Assembly: GCA_017860455.1 (NCBI GenBank)
Contig: JAGDMF010000006.1
Span: forward strand, 87,028 to 151,027
Length of the DNA stretch: 64,000 nt
Direction of reading: 5' to 3'
Source: Bacteroidota bacterium
GTDB lineage: Bacteria > Bacteroidota > Bacteroidia > Bacteroidales > WCHB1-69
The translations under genes and the position numbers were made by a program. Under the pieces are notes generated by a model. It saw only the letters and a list, made by a program, of their open reading frames with translations, ran no database searches and was not told the DNA's origin. Within the stretch, counting starts at the first letter, position 1, and every line of letters starts with the position of its first letter. Shown here piece after piece: positions 27,508 to 37,322 of this stretch.

Positions 27508-28458
27508 ATGAAGAAATTAGCAATGGTTGCCTTTGGCGGAAATGCGTTATTGAGAAGTAATCAAAAAGGCACATATCAGGTACAGTTGGATAATGTAATG
27601 GAAACTTGCAAGTCCCTGAACAAATTGTATGAACAGGATTATGATTTAGTAATTGGTCACGGAAACGGTCCACAAGTTGGAAATGTAATGCTTCAACATG
27701 ATGCAGGATTAAAAACTTATGGAATCGAAGCGATGCCTATGGATGTTTGTGTTGCTGAAACACAAGGATCTATTGGATATATGATTGAATTAGCATTCAG
27801 AAACATCTTTTTTAAAGGTGGAATTCGCAAACACGTGATCACATTGGTTACACAAGTAGTAGTAGATGAAAATGATCCTGCTTTTCAAAAACCAACCAAA
27901 CCTGTAGGCCCTTATTATACAAAGGAACAAGCTGACCATTTTGCAGCTGAAACAGGTGCGAAATTTGCAGAAGATCCTAAAGGTAATGGCTGGAGAAAAA
28001 TCGTTGCATCCCCAAAACCTCTTCATATAAGTAATATTGATGTAGTTCAAAGATTAGCAACTTCCGGTTATGTTGTGATCACATGTGGTGGTGGTGGTAT
28101 TCCGGTTGTTCGTAATCAACATGGTGGAAAAGGGATGGAAGCTGTAATTGATAAAGATTTAGCTTCTGCACTTGCTGCAGTTGAAATGAAAGCAGATGAG
28201 TTTTATATTCTTACTGATGTTCCTAAAGTATATATCAACTTCAGAAAAGAAAATGAACAAGCCCTTGATGTCATCACTGTAAACGATGCTAAAAGATATT
28301 TAGAAGAGGGTCATTTTACAGAAGGGTCCATGGCTCCAAAAATTCGTGCTGCGCTCTATTTCGTTGAAAATGGGGGAAAAGAGTGTATTATTACAGAAGC
28401 TGGACAGTTAGGAAATCCAACTTGTGGAACCAGAATTGTAAGAAATCCACAAATCTAA
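27508..28458 (+). CDS. arcC: carbamate kinase
   Basis: 316-aa ORF with VIGHGNGPQVG and ITCGGGGIPV. Confidence 0.9.
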   Translation: MKKLAMVAFGGNALLRSNQKGTYQVQLDNVMETCKSLNKLYEQDYDLVIGHGNGPQVGNVMLQHDAGLKTYGIEAMPMDVCVAETQGSIGYMIELAFRNIFFKGGIRKHVITLVTQVVVDENDPAFQKPTKPVGPYYTKEQADHFAAETGAKFAEDPKGNGWRKIVASPKPLHISNIDVVQRLATSGYVVITCGGGGIPVVRNQHGGKGMEAVIDKDLASALAAVEMKADEFYILTDVPKVYINFRKENEQALDVITVNDAKRYLEEGHFTEGSMAPKIRAALYFVENGGKECIITEAGQLGNPTCGTRIVRNPQI

Positions 28459-28497
28459 AAAAAACACCTGTTTTATACAGGAATCTTCTTAAAAAAA

Positions 28498-28537
28498 ACA
28501 GATTATTGCATATTTTTTACAATAATCTGTTTTTTTT
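28498..28537 (+). terminator. rho-independent terminator after arcC
   Basis: ACAGATTATTG-loop-CAATAATCTGT followed by T7. Confidence 0.8.
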
Positions 28538-28847
28538 CTAACATTTTTGGTCAAAAATAAGACGTTTTTTTTCAATGTATCACTTTTTTCTTAAAAATTG
28601 ATAAAAATTTGGTTATTTTCAAAATTCGTTATAATTTTGGTCTCGAATAAAAAAGTTATACTCATTGAGGTACAATAAAGTGCCAATATGGCAACCCTCA
28701 TGCAGAGAAATAAAAAAAATATTTCAATACTTTTCCAAAAAGTTTCTTTTTACCCCTTAAAATCGATTTTTGGACACCAAAATCTGTTAAAAATGGAGGC
28801 TGAAGTAGGGTTCAAAAATGCACGATTTTTAACTTTAAATGCAAATT

Positions 28848-28905
28848 CTTAACATTTTTGACATAAAATCATGCGCTCGTTCAGAATTTTGGACTAAAAT
28901 GTTAA
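28848..28905 (+). other. conserved 30-nt block + 9-bp inverted repeat (copy 1 of 2)
   Basis: cttaacatttttgacataaaatcatgcgct is identical to 36140-36169. TTAACATTT (28849-57) pairs with AAATGTTAA (28897-905). Confidence 0.6.
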
Positions 28906-28985
28906 AATTTACCCTTTTTTTTGACTTTAAAAAAAATTAGATATAATTTTGAATCCTCATAAAAAATTGACTACAATTTTGTCCC

Positions 28986-29053
28986 GCATGTATGTTGTAG
29001 CCACTAAGAATCACAGAGAGACCTATTTCATTAGTGGCTACAATTGCATGTAT
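28986..29053. mobile_element. MITE-like 52-bp palindromic insert flanked by 8-bp direct repeats
   Basis: GCATGTAT | g-TTGTAGCCACTAA-23 nt-TTAGTGGCTACAA-tt | GCATGTAT. Confidence 0.35.
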
Positions 29054-29101
29054 TCTTTCTCAAAAAAAAAATTCTTAAAATTTCAGCTTTAAACTTTTAT
29101 T

Positions 29102-29109
29102 TATTTTTG
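29102..29109 (+). promoter_or_regulatory. Bacteroidota -7 promoter box
   Basis: TATTTTTG lies 26 nt upstream of the ATG at 29135. Confidence 0.5.
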
Positions 29110-29134
29110 CATTCCAATAATAAAATTAAAAATT

Positions 29135-30094
29135 ATGAAAAAAATTCTTGCAACTATTATTTTATCGTTTTTCTCACTCAGCATGTTTGCGCAATGGGGT
29201 TCAATCACGATCTCTTCTCAAAACTTTAACCAAAGATTTTGGGTGTTTGTTGATGATGTTTTACAAAACCAATACTCTGTTAATTCTATAAGAGTTCAAG
29301 GAATGAATATCCAACAACAATACCGGGTAAGAATTGAGATGGATAACTTTGATCAAAATATTTTAGGTCAAAATATTTCTATTAACGCACAACCTCGTTT
29401 TAATAATTATGAAATTAAATTTATAAATGGGGCTTATTTGTTTAAGTCAACCAATATGAATATTAATCCCATGTTAACAATGTCTATCATATATCCGAAT
29501 TATAGTTATTATAACGACTACTATTCCTATTTGAATCCTGGTTTTGGAAACTATGGGAATTATTGGGGAAATAGTGGAAAAAAATATAATAATCAAACCA
29601 TTCCTTCTGATTGTCATCCTAATAATGGAAATAATTATCCCGGAGGAAATAACTATGGCAACCAAGGAAATAATGGAAATTATGGCAACCCAGGTAATAA
29701 TGGAAATAACGGGAATTATGGGAATAATAATAACCAAGGAAACCATGGAAATAATGGAAACAATGGAAATCATGGGAATAACGGGAATAACGGACATCAA
29801 GGAAACAACACCCCTTGTATGTCTAATAACGAGTTTAATACCGCTTTAAATTCCATTAGAAGCGATAGTTTTGAATCCGGTAAATTGACCAAAGCTAAAC
29901 AAATTGTATCCAGAAACAGAATGTGTACTGCTCAAATTGTTCAGATTGTCAGATTATTCTCTTTTGAAAGTAATAAATTAGAGTTTGCTAAATATGCATA
30001 TCAGTTTTGTAACGACAAAAACAACTATTATCAGGTAACTGATGCTTTCTCGTTCCAATCTTCAAAAGACGAATTAATGAAATTTATAAATTAA
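29135..30094 (+). CDS. DUF4476 domain protein with Asn/Gly-rich low-complexity linker
   Basis: Signal peptide, a central GNNGN tract, and a C-terminal region (FESGKLTKAKQIV...FESNKLEFAKYAY) typical of DUF4476. Confidence 0.7.
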   Translation: MKKILATIILSFFSLSMFAQWGSITISSQNFNQRFWVFVDDVLQNQYSVNSIRVQGMNIQQQYRVRIEMDNFDQNILGQNISINAQPRFNNYEIKFINGAYLFKSTNMNINPMLTMSIIYPNYSYYNDYYSYLNPGFGNYGNYWGNSGKKYNNQTIPSDCHPNNGNNYPGGNNYGNQGNNGNYGNPGNNGNNGNYGNNNNQGNHGNNGNNGNHGNNGNNGHQGNNTPCMSNNEFNTALNSIRSDSFESGKLTKAKQIVSRNRMCTAQIVQIVRLFSFESNKLEFAKYAYQFCNDKNNYYQVTDAFSFQSSKDELMKFIN

Positions 30095-30514
30095 TCAGGA
30101 TCTCCTCATTCGGTGAGGATCTGAAGAATCCCACGACTGGAATAAGAGCTGGTCGTGGATGGTTCTGATTAAAAAAACAAAAACATCCAAATTATTATCA
30201 ACAAACCACTTAATCGCTTGATCCTCTTTGCGACACGCAGCCGCAAAGAGGGACATCAAGTGAAAATTGTATTTTTCCAGCCATTGAATAGCGTTATCTT
30301 CCCCATCAATGGCATTACTTAAAATCGCAAATTCAGGATATCCGTTTTTTAACAGCCAATCCAAAGCTTCCGTATTGGAATGAACTGCTGCAGAAAATGC
30401 GGATAATTCAGGAAATCCATTATGCAATAGAAAATCAGAGAATTTTTTATTCCCTTTTAAACTTTCATTTAAGGCCAATAAAACCTTTACTTCATAATCA
30501 GACAAACAAGCCAT
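30095..30514 (-). CDS. hypothetical protein with three A-x2-W-[LF]-x2-N-x3-[FV]-type internal repeats
   Basis: 139-aa ORF starting 2 nt after the glnS stop. The repeats are ALDWLLKNGYPEF, AIQWLEKYNF and AIKWFVDNNLDVF. Confidence 0.5.
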   Translation of the reverse strand: MACLSDYEVKVLLALNESLKGNKKFSDFLLHNGFPELSAFSAAVHSNTEALDWLLKNGYPEFAILSNAIDGEDNAIQWLEKYNFHLMSLFAAACRKEDQAIKWFVDNNLDVFVFLIRTIHDQLLFQSWDSSDPHRMRRS

Positions 30515-30515
30515 A

Positions 30516-32141
30516 TTAACTTTTCAATCCAACGGTTTTGTTAAACACTAATTTTTGAGATGTTGAATCTTTATCAATACAGAAATAACCGGTTCTTTCA
30601 AATTGATAGTAAGGATGGGTATTTTCCAAAGACATGGTTTCTTCCACAAAACCGTCAATCACTACCATTGAATTGGGATTGATATAATCTAAGAAGGTTT
30701 TTCCTTCTTCAGTATTATCAGGTTCAGGAACAGTAAACAATTTATCAAACAAGCGCACTTCTGCTTGTTGAGCATGCTCCACCGACAACCAATGGATCGT
30801 TGCTTTCACTTTACGGTTACTTTGCTCCATTCCACTTTTGGTTTCAGGATCATAAGTAGCATGGATTTCAAGAATATTTCCTGCATCATCTTTAACAATA
30901 TGGGTACATTTGATGATATAAGCGTATTTTAAGCGCACTTCGCCACCAATGGTTAACCGGAAGAACTTTTTATCAGCATCCTCTTTAAAATCGGCTCTTT
31001 CTATCCATAATTCTTTAGCAAAATGCACTTGTCTGGTTCCCCCTTCAGGATCTTCAGGATTATTGACAGCATTCATCAGTTCCACTTGCCCATCAGGATA
31101 GTTATCGATAATCAGTTTAACAGGATCCAGAACGGCCATTCTGCGTTGAGCCACTTTATTCAAATGTTCTCTGGCACAAAACTCCAACAGATTCACATCA
31201 ATAATATTTTCTCTTTTAGCCACACCTACAGTTTCCGCAAAATTACGGATTGATTCAGGAGAGTAACCTCTTCTTCTTAACCCTGAAATGGTGGGCATTC
31301 TGGGATCATCCCAACCCATCACATATTTTTCCTGAACCAATAACATCAATTTGCGTTTGCTCATGATGGTATAGTTCAGATTTAAACGGGCAAACTCAAT
31401 TTGTTGAGGATGATGGATTTTTAAAGTATCACAAAACCAGTCATATAAAGGACGGTGCACTTCAAACTCTAAGGTACAGATAGAATGGGTAATCCCTTCT
31501 ATCGAGTCACTTTGACCATGTGCGTAATCGTACATAGGATAAATACACCATTTATTTCCGGTTCTGTGGTGTTCAGCATGAAGGATTCTGTACAAAATGG
31601 GATCTCTCATGTGCATATTAGGGGAAGCCATATCCACTTTTGCGCGAAGTACTTTAGAGCCTTCAGCAAATTCACCCGCTCTCATTCTACGGAAAATGTC
31701 GAGATTTACCTCAACAGTTCTATTTCTATATGGACTTTCGGTTCCGGGTTTAGTAGGAACGCCACGGCCCAAACTGATCTCTTCCTGTGTAGAATCATCT
31801 ACATAAGCGAGATTGTTTTGAATAAGCCATTCAGCCCATTGATACAATTGATCGAAATAATCGGAAGCATAATATTCTGCAGCCCACTGGAAACCTAACC
31901 ATTGAATATCCTCTTTGATAGAATCAACATATTCAACATCCTCTTTTGTTGGATTGGTATCATCCAAACGAAGATTGCACTGGCCATTATACTTCTGAGC
32001 TAATCCAAAATTCAAACAGATTGATTTAGCATGTCCAATGTGCAGGTAACCATTAGGTTCCGGAGGAAAACGGGTATGTACTTTGGTTCCGTTTTTGCCA
32101 TTTTTTAGGTCCTCTTCGATAATTTCTTCAATAAAATTCAT
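30516..32141 (-). CDS. glnS: glutamine--tRNA ligase
   Basis: HIGH motif (LHIGHAKS) and KMSKS-type motif (IMSKRK). The start was set at MNFIEE (32141), downstream of the -7 box at 32170-32177. Confidence 0.95.
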   Translation of the reverse strand: MNFIEEIIEEDLKNGKNGTKVHTRFPPEPNGYLHIGHAKSICLNFGLAQKYNGQCNLRLDDTNPTKEDVEYVDSIKEDIQWLGFQWAAEYYASDYFDQLYQWAEWLIQNNLAYVDDSTQEEISLGRGVPTKPGTESPYRNRTVEVNLDIFRRMRAGEFAEGSKVLRAKVDMASPNMHMRDPILYRILHAEHHRTGNKWCIYPMYDYAHGQSDSIEGITHSICTLEFEVHRPLYDWFCDTLKIHHPQQIEFARLNLNYTIMSKRKLMLLVQEKYVMGWDDPRMPTISGLRRRGYSPESIRNFAETVGVAKRENIIDVNLLEFCAREHLNKVAQRRMAVLDPVKLIIDNYPDGQVELMNAVNNPEDPEGGTRQVHFAKELWIERADFKEDADKKFFRLTIGGEVRLKYAYIIKCTHIVKDDAGNILEIHATYDPETKSGMEQSNRKVKATIHWLSVEHAQQAEVRLFDKLFTVPEPDNTEEGKTFLDYINPNSMVVIDGFVEETMSLENTHPYYQFERTGYFCIDKDSTSQKLVFNKTVGLKS

Positions 32142-32169
32142 AGCTTTAGCTTTAATAAAAAACAAGCTA

Positions 32170-32177
32170 CAAAATTA
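32170..32177 (-). promoter_or_regulatory. Bacteroidota -7 promoter box for glnS
   Basis: Plus strand reads CAAAATTA. In gene orientation it is preceded by GTTACCTGT-type words and ACTTTATTTCG. Confidence 0.5.
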
Positions 32178-32186
32178 CGAAATAAA

Positions 32187-32299
32187 GTAACAGGTTAGAG
32201 GTTACAGGTAACAATTTTTTTGAAAAATACTAAATAAAGTAACAGGTTAGAGGTGACAGGTTACAGGTAACAGGTTAGAGGTGACAGGTTACAGGTAAC
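32187..32299. repeat. ACAGGTTAGAGGT/ACAGGTAAC word arrays (two blocks) with duplicated promoter-like module
   Basis: Blocks at 32187-32212 and 32239-32299. aaataaagtaacaggttagagg occurs twice (32180 and 32232). Confidence 0.85.
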
Positions 32300-32354
32300 A
32301 AATTATTTTGAAAAACACGAGATTGGTTGAAAAATGTGTCAAAAGAAAAAATTA

Positions 32355-32714
32355 TTAATTTTTATTTTTTTGTTTAAGACTTTTGATTGATGAAATTAAC
32401 ATTTTAATTATTTCATAATTTGATGAATAATAAAAATTGAATTTATCAGAATGTAAATATCCAGTTTTATAGAGGATTATTAGCCAATATTTAGTTTCAT
32501 TTGCTTCTTTTAATGCAACAGATTGCTTATGGATAAAATCTGCATTACTTTCGGCAAACTCACCTTCTGAAAGCATTGCACCAATTGCAGTTCCAGATCT
32601 CAATAATTGATTAGTTAAAATAAATTCCTTTTGATTTTGTTGAATATCTTTTATCAAATTTACAATTTGAATAGCAAATGATATACTTTTTTCTTGCATA
32701 ATGGTAGTTTTCAT
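32355..32714 (-). CDS. four-helix-bundle protein (23S rRNA intervening-sequence protein family)
   Basis: SFAIQIVNL...LRSGTAIGAMLSEGEFAESNADFIHKQSVALKEANETKYWL fits the family signature. Confidence 0.8.
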   Translation of the reverse strand: MKTTIMQEKSISFAIQIVNLIKDIQQNQKEFILTNQLLRSGTAIGAMLSEGEFAESNADFIHKQSVALKEANETKYWLIILYKTGYLHSDKFNFYYSSNYEIIKMLISSIKSLKQKNKN

Positions 32715-32857
32715 AAGTTCGATTTTAGAATAAGTAGCATATTTTTCAATCGCAAATATATAATAAAAATTCTCTATTTTTATTTTTTCAAAAAAATTTT
32801 TATTTGTATTTTGTTATCATTCAAGAAATTTTATCATATATCCTTTATTTACAAAAT

Positions 32858-32930
32858 GTTACCTGTTACCTATTACCTGTTACCTGCTACTTGCTACTTG
32901 CTACCTGCTACCTATTACCTGTTACCTGTT
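32858..32930. repeat. GTTACCTGT/CTACCTGCT word array (inverse orientation of 32187-32299)
   Basis: Read directly. It is followed by actttatttag + TATTTTTG. Confidence 0.85.
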
Positions 32931-32941
32931 ACTTTATTTAG

Positions 32942-32949
32942 TATTTTTG
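32942..32949 (+). promoter_or_regulatory. Bacteroidota -7 promoter box for rfbA
   Basis: TATTTTTG lies 17 nt upstream of the ATG at 32966. Confidence 0.55.
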
Positions 32950-32965
32950 TAAAAATTTACAAGTT

Positions 32966-33826
32966 ATGAAAGGTATTGTTTTAGCCGGTGGATCCGGAAC
33001 CCGTTTACATCCTATTACGTTGGCCATGAGCAAACAGCTGATGCCCATTTATGATAAACCGATGATCTACTACCCTATTTCCACATTGATGCAAGCAGGT
33101 ATTAATGAGATTTTGATTATTTCTACCCCTCATGATTTGCCCCATTTTGAAAGATTATTGGGTGATGGTTCCAGATTGGGATGCCGGTTTGAATATGTGG
33201 TGCAACATGTTCCGAATGGTTTAGCTCAAGCTTTCGTTTTAGGAGCGGATTTTATTGGACGAGATAAAGCATCACTCATTTTGGGCGATAATATTTTTTA
33301 TGGAGCTGATTTTGAAGAGAATCTGATCAGCAACAACAATCCGGATGGTGGTATTGTTTTTGCCTACCACGTATCGGATCCTGAAAGATATGGAGTTGTT
33401 GAATTTGACAAGGAAATGAATGCTGTTTCCATAGAAGAGAAGCCGTTACAACCCAAATCCAACTATGCGGTTCCCGGATTATATTTTTATGATAATTCTG
33501 TAGTGGATGTTGCCCGAAATATTCAACCTAGTAAAAGAGGAGAATACGAGATCACTGATGTGAACCGCTATTATCTGGAAAACAAAAAACTAAAAGTTTC
33601 CAAAATGGCTCGTGGAACAGCCTGGCTGGATACCGGAACATTCAAATCATTAATCGATGCCACACAATTTGTTCAGGTTATTGAAGATCGTCAGGGACAA
33701 AAAATTGGATGTATTGAGGAGGTTGCTTATAAAAGGGGTTTTATCAATAGTGCTCAATTGGAAGAGATTGCACAACCCCTGTTAAAAAGTGGATATGGTC
33801 AATATTTGATCAACCTTTTAAAATAA
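32966..33826 (+). CDS. rfbA: glucose-1-phosphate thymidylyltransferase
   Basis: [11 protein letters not shown] motif. 286 aa, collinear with RmlA. Confidence 0.95.
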   Translation: MKGIVLAGGSGTRLHPITLAMSKQLMPIYDKPMIYYPISTLMQAGINEILIISTPHDLPHFERLLGDGSRLGCRFEYVVQHVPNGLAQAFVLGADFIGRDKASLILGDNIFYGADFEENLISNNNPDGGIVFAYHVSDPERYGVVEFDKEMNAVSIEEKPLQPKSNYAVPGLYFYDNSVVDVARNIQPSKRGEYEITDVNRYYLENKKLKVSKMARGTAWLDTGTFKSLIDATQFVQVIEDRQGQKIGCIEEVAYKRGFINSAQLEEIAQPLLKSGYGQYLINLLK

Positions 33827-33853
33827 AAAAAGCCGGTTTAAAACCGGCTTTTA
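33826..33853. terminator. bidirectional rho-independent terminator
   Basis: A-run, GCCGGTT-taa-AACCGGC, T-run, between convergent rfbA and the TlpA-like gene. Confidence 0.8.
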
Positions 33854-33856
33854 TAT

Positions 33857-34363
33857 TTATTTTGCACCAAATATTTTTTCTAATGCTTGTTCTAAAGCTG
33901 CGCCCCTTAAATTAAGGGCAATAATTTTTCCATCTTTATCCACTAATACAGTTGAAGGAATACTTCTAACGCCATAAATACGAGCCCCTTCTGAATTCCA
34001 GTATTGCAAATCACTCACATGGTTAGGCCAAATCAAACCATCTGTTTTAATCGCGTTTTCCCAGGAAGCTTTATCTTTATCTAAAGAAACACTATAAATT
34101 TCAAATCCTTTATCATGGTATTTGTTGTACATAGCCACTACATTTGGGTTTTCCATTCTGCAAGGACGACACCAGGAAGCCCAAAAATCGATCAAAACCA
34201 CTTTGCCTTTAAGGTCAGATAATTTCATGGTTTTACCTTGTGGGTTTTGGAATGCTAACTCAGGCGCTTTTTGTCCGATGGTTGGCACTGCAGGTGCAGC
34301 TTGTTGAGCAAAAGTGAAGCTAAAGAATGCACTTAACAAAGTAACTAAAACAATTTTTTTCAT
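33857..34363 (-). CDS. TlpA-family thiol:disulfide oxidoreductase
   Basis: Signal peptide plus WASWCRPC thioredoxin motif. Confidence 0.85.
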   Translation of the reverse strand: MKKIVLVTLLSAFFSFTFAQQAAPAVPTIGQKAPELAFQNPQGKTMKLSDLKGKVVLIDFWASWCRPCRMENPNVVAMYNKYHDKGFEIYSVSLDKDKASWENAIKTDGLIWPNHVSDLQYWNSEGARIYGVRSIPSTVLVDKDGKIIALNLRGAALEQALEKIFGAK

Positions 34364-34583
34364 ACGTTTTTATTATTTTTTATTTTTTAAAAAGATTATT
34401 CAACAAATTTGAACATTTTTCAATATTCTGATGCAAAAATACACTATTTCTTGAAACGAAAAGTGATCTAAATACCGGTATTGATTTTTTCAATAGTAAT
34501 GGATTAAACGACAAATCTGTTTGCTTATTATATTTCATAAAATACAATTAATCAGAAGTTAACGAAAATACGAAGAATTTTTG

Positions 34584-34591
34584 TACCTTTG
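34584..34591 (+). promoter_or_regulatory. Bacteroidota -7 promoter box
   Basis: TACCTTTG lies ~78 nt upstream of the argF ATG. Confidence 0.4.
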
Positions 34592-34668
34592 CACCTCGAT
34601 ACAGAGTCCCACTATTTGGACATGTATTCTTTTGATTTAGTATAACTTAACATTAAAAAAATACAATT

Positions 34669-35670
34669 ATGGCATTCAATTTAAGAAACAGAAATTTCCT
34701 AAAATTGTTGGATTTTACTCCAGCGGAGATCAAGTATTTATTAAAACTTTCAGCAGATTTAAAAGCTGCTAAATATGCAGGTACAGAACAACCTACATTA
34801 ACAGGTAAAAACATTGTACTTCTTTTCGAAAAAGATTCAACACGTACTCGTTGCGCATTTGAAGTAGCTGCTTTAGATCAAGGTGCACATGTAACTTATT
34901 TAGGACCAGCTGGTTCTCAAATGGGAAAAAAAGAATCCATGAAAGACACTGCCCGTGTTTTAGGTAGAATGTATGATGGTATTGAGTATCGCGGATATGC
35001 TCAGGAGATTGTGGAAACTTTAGGTGCTTATGCCGGTGTTCCTGTTTGGAACGGATTAACCACTGAATTTCACCCAACTCAAATTTTAGCTGACTTTTTA
35101 ACCATGATGGAACACAGTGATAAACCTTTACACCAAGTTTCATTTGCTTATTTAGGAGATGCAAAAAACAACATGGGTAATAGTTTGATGGTTGGTGCTG
35201 CAAAAATGGGAATGGATTTCCGCGCAGTAGCTCCAAAACAATGCTGGCCGGAAGAAGCATTAGTAGCCAAATGTAGAGAGATCGCTAAAGAAACCGGTGC
35301 AACCATCACTTTAACTGAAAATGTTTCTGAGGGTGTTAAAGGTGTAGATTTCTTATACACAGATGTTTGGGTATCTATGGGAGAACCTGCAGCAGTTTGG
35401 GAAGAGAGAATCAAATTGTTAACTCCTTACCAAATCAATATGAATGTTGTGAAAGCAACTCAAAATCCAAATGTTAAATTTATGCATTGCTTACCAGCAT
35501 TCCACAACTTAGAAACTGAAGTGGGTAGAGATATCTATGCTAAATTTGGTTTAGAATCTATGGAAGTTTCTGAAGATGTATTCGAATCACCAATGTCAAT
35601 CGTTTTTGACGAAGCTGAAAACCGTTTACATACGATTAAAGCGGTTATGGTAGCGACGTTAGGGAAATAG
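34669..35670 (+). CDS. argF: ornithine carbamoyltransferase
   Basis: [13 protein letters not shown] and HCLPA motifs. Confidence 0.95.
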   Translation: MAFNLRNRNFLKLLDFTPAEIKYLLKLSADLKAAKYAGTEQPTLTGKNIVLLFEKDSTRTRCAFEVAALDQGAHVTYLGPAGSQMGKKESMKDTARVLGRMYDGIEYRGYAQEIVETLGAYAGVPVWNGLTTEFHPTQILADFLTMMEHSDKPLHQVSFAYLGDAKNNMGNSLMVGAAKMGMDFRAVAPKQCWPEEALVAKCREIAKETGATITLTENVSEGVKGVDFLYTDVWVSMGEPAAVWEERIKLLTPYQINMNVVKATQNPNVKFMHCLPAFHNLETEVGRDIYAKFGLESMEVSEDVFESPMSIVFDEAENRLHTIKAVMVATLGK

Positions 35671-35745
35671 GCGAAGGGCGAAAGGCAAAGGGCGAAAGGC
35701 AAAGGGCGAAAGGCGAAGGGCGAAAGGTGAAAGGCGAATGGCAAA
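35669..35745 (+). repeat. GGCGAAAGG-type word array starting in the argF stop codon
   Basis: taGGCGAAGGGCGAAAGGCAAAGGGCGAAAGG... read directly. Confidence 0.9.
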
Positions 35746-35785
35746 TTGGGACGGAATTCAGAGATGGATTGGTCCCAATTTTTTT
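35745..35785 (+). terminator. rho-independent terminator (repeat-family member)
   Basis: ATTGGGAC-loop-GTCCCAAT followed by T7. It is followed by a conserved 35-nt block (35786-35820) also seen at 40943-40977. Confidence 0.75.
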
Positions 35786-36139
35786 GTTTGGAGCGTGAAG
35801 ATATGTTAAGAAAAACGAAGTTTCTCAAAGTAGTGTTTAATAAATAATACCTTTGTGAAAACCTTGTGTAAACTTCATTTTTCTTAGTGAAACAGACTAA
35901 TTATATGTTTTTAATATCTCAATTTTAAAAATAAAATAGTTCTTTTAAATCTTAACACTCACATTTAGTGTTTATTATAAAAAGTATTTCATGAATAATA
36001 TTCAATTATTCACTTTTGGTAAAAAAATCCTAAAAACTTCCAAATTTAGACTTTTGAACCTAATTTTTGTTCTTTATTTAGTTTAAAAACCAATTATTTT
36101 GGATTTTTTTATACTAAAATTCTTAATTTTTTAAAAAAA

Positions 36140-36197
36140 CTTAACATTTTTGACATAAAATCATGCGCTTGTTTGGGAAAAGAGGGTTAAATGTTAA
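36140..36197 (+). other. conserved 30-nt block + 9-bp inverted repeat (copy 2 of 2)
   Basis: 36140-36169 is identical to 28848-28877. TTAACATTT pairs with AAATGTTAA (36189-36197), followed by TTTTT. Confidence 0.6.
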
Positions 36198-36286
36198 TTT
36201 TTCGATATTTTGATATTTATTCAATTTTTATTTGTAATGTTGTTGCCTAATAATGAACAACAAACATTCATTAAAATAATATTCTT

Positions 36287-37315
36287 ATGAAAAAGTCAAT
36301 TTTTATTAAATTATTTTCGATTGTTTTACTGCTTTTTATGACAATTTCTGTTTTTGCACAAAATATTTCTTCAGAATCAGTTAAATTTTCAAACTCGACT
36401 TATAAACCATTTAAATCAAATTCATTGTGGTCTGTTAGTGATATGAAATATATGACTTTTGGAGATACTATTATTAATTCAAAAGAATATATGAAAGTGT
36501 ATAAACAGACTCAACATCAGCCTTTTGAATTTGATATTGATCATTCTAGCTATTATGCTGCCATTAGAAATGATTCAATAAATAAAAAAGTATTTGTTAT
36601 TTTTAAAGATCAGGAATTGGTGTTTGATATATATGGGTATCAAATTCCTTGTAATGCTGATGATGAATTTCTATTATACGATTTTTCACTAAATATAGGG
36701 GATACTGCTATAGTAATTGACGACTATTACCACTCTTTAAATCTTTACACAGTAAAAAGGGTAAATAATATTGAAACTATAGAAAATTCAGATTCTTTAA
36801 TTGTATTGTCTAATTCTGATACAGTAAAAAGAATTTTACTACAAGCTCATAATCCGAATGTTGGTTTAGTAGTAAGTTCATATTATATTTTAGAGAGTAT
36901 TGGAAGTAGTAGTGGCCTCTTCCAACAATTTCCATGTTCCTTTTTTTACGATGGGGGATGTTGGGAATTAATTTGTTATTCACATAATAATGAGTTACTT
37001 TATAGTAGTTCAAGTAATCTGAATAATGATTGTTTTCAACCGGTTACCGGTGTAAAAGTAGAAGAATTTGAAAGCGGTTCACAAAATATTATTTATCCTA
37101 ATCCTTCAAATGGGATTGTATCAATTAACGGTGTTGATTTTGAAAATAGATCCATAATCCTAAAAATATATGATATTCAAGGAAGGGAAATGGTAAACAA
37201 ACCAATTTATACTAATACACTAGATTTTAATTGGTTAGAAAATGGAATTTATATGTATTCTCTTTTTGAAAATGGTATTAAAATAATATCAAACAAATTA
37301 ATCATATCAAAATAA
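36287..37315 (+). CDS. T9SS C-terminal-domain secreted protein
   Basis: Signal peptide. The C-terminal IYPNPSNGIVSI...GIYMYSLFENGIKIISNKLIISK is a T9SS CTD-type tail. Confidence 0.7.
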   Translation: MKKSIFIKLFSIVLLLFMTISVFAQNISSESVKFSNSTYKPFKSNSLWSVSDMKYMTFGDTIINSKEYMKVYKQTQHQPFEFDIDHSSYYAAIRNDSINKKVFVIFKDQELVFDIYGYQIPCNADDEFLLYDFSLNIGDTAIVIDDYYHSLNLYTVKRVNNIETIENSDSLIVLSNSDTVKRILLQAHNPNVGLVVSSYYILESIGSSSGLFQQFPCSFFYDGGCWELICYSHNNELLYSSSSNLNNDCFQPVTGVKVEEFESGSQNIIYPNPSNGIVSINGVDFENRSIILKIYDIQGREMVNKPIYTNTLDFNWLENGIYMYSLFENGIKIISNKLIISK

Positions 37316-37322
37316 ATACCAT

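Noticed and set aside
29474-29849. ORFs 29474..29800(-) and 29544..29849(+)
   Set aside because: They are alternative-frame or antisense readings of the GNNGN coding repeat inside the DUF4476 gene.
32694-32969. ORF 32694..32969(+), 91 aa
   Set aside because: It reads through AT-rich promoter DNA and the GTTACCTGT word array (LPVTYYLLPATCYLLPAT) and is a repeat artefact.
27508-35670. arcC and argF as an arginine deiminase operon
   Set aside because: The two genes are 6 kb apart with unrelated genes between them, and no arcA is present in the window. There is no evidence for a contiguous ADI cluster here.
35535-35828. ORF 35535..35828(-), 97 aa
   Set aside because: It is antisense to the argF 3' end and then translates the GGCGAAAGG array (LPFAFHLSPFAFRPLPFAL).
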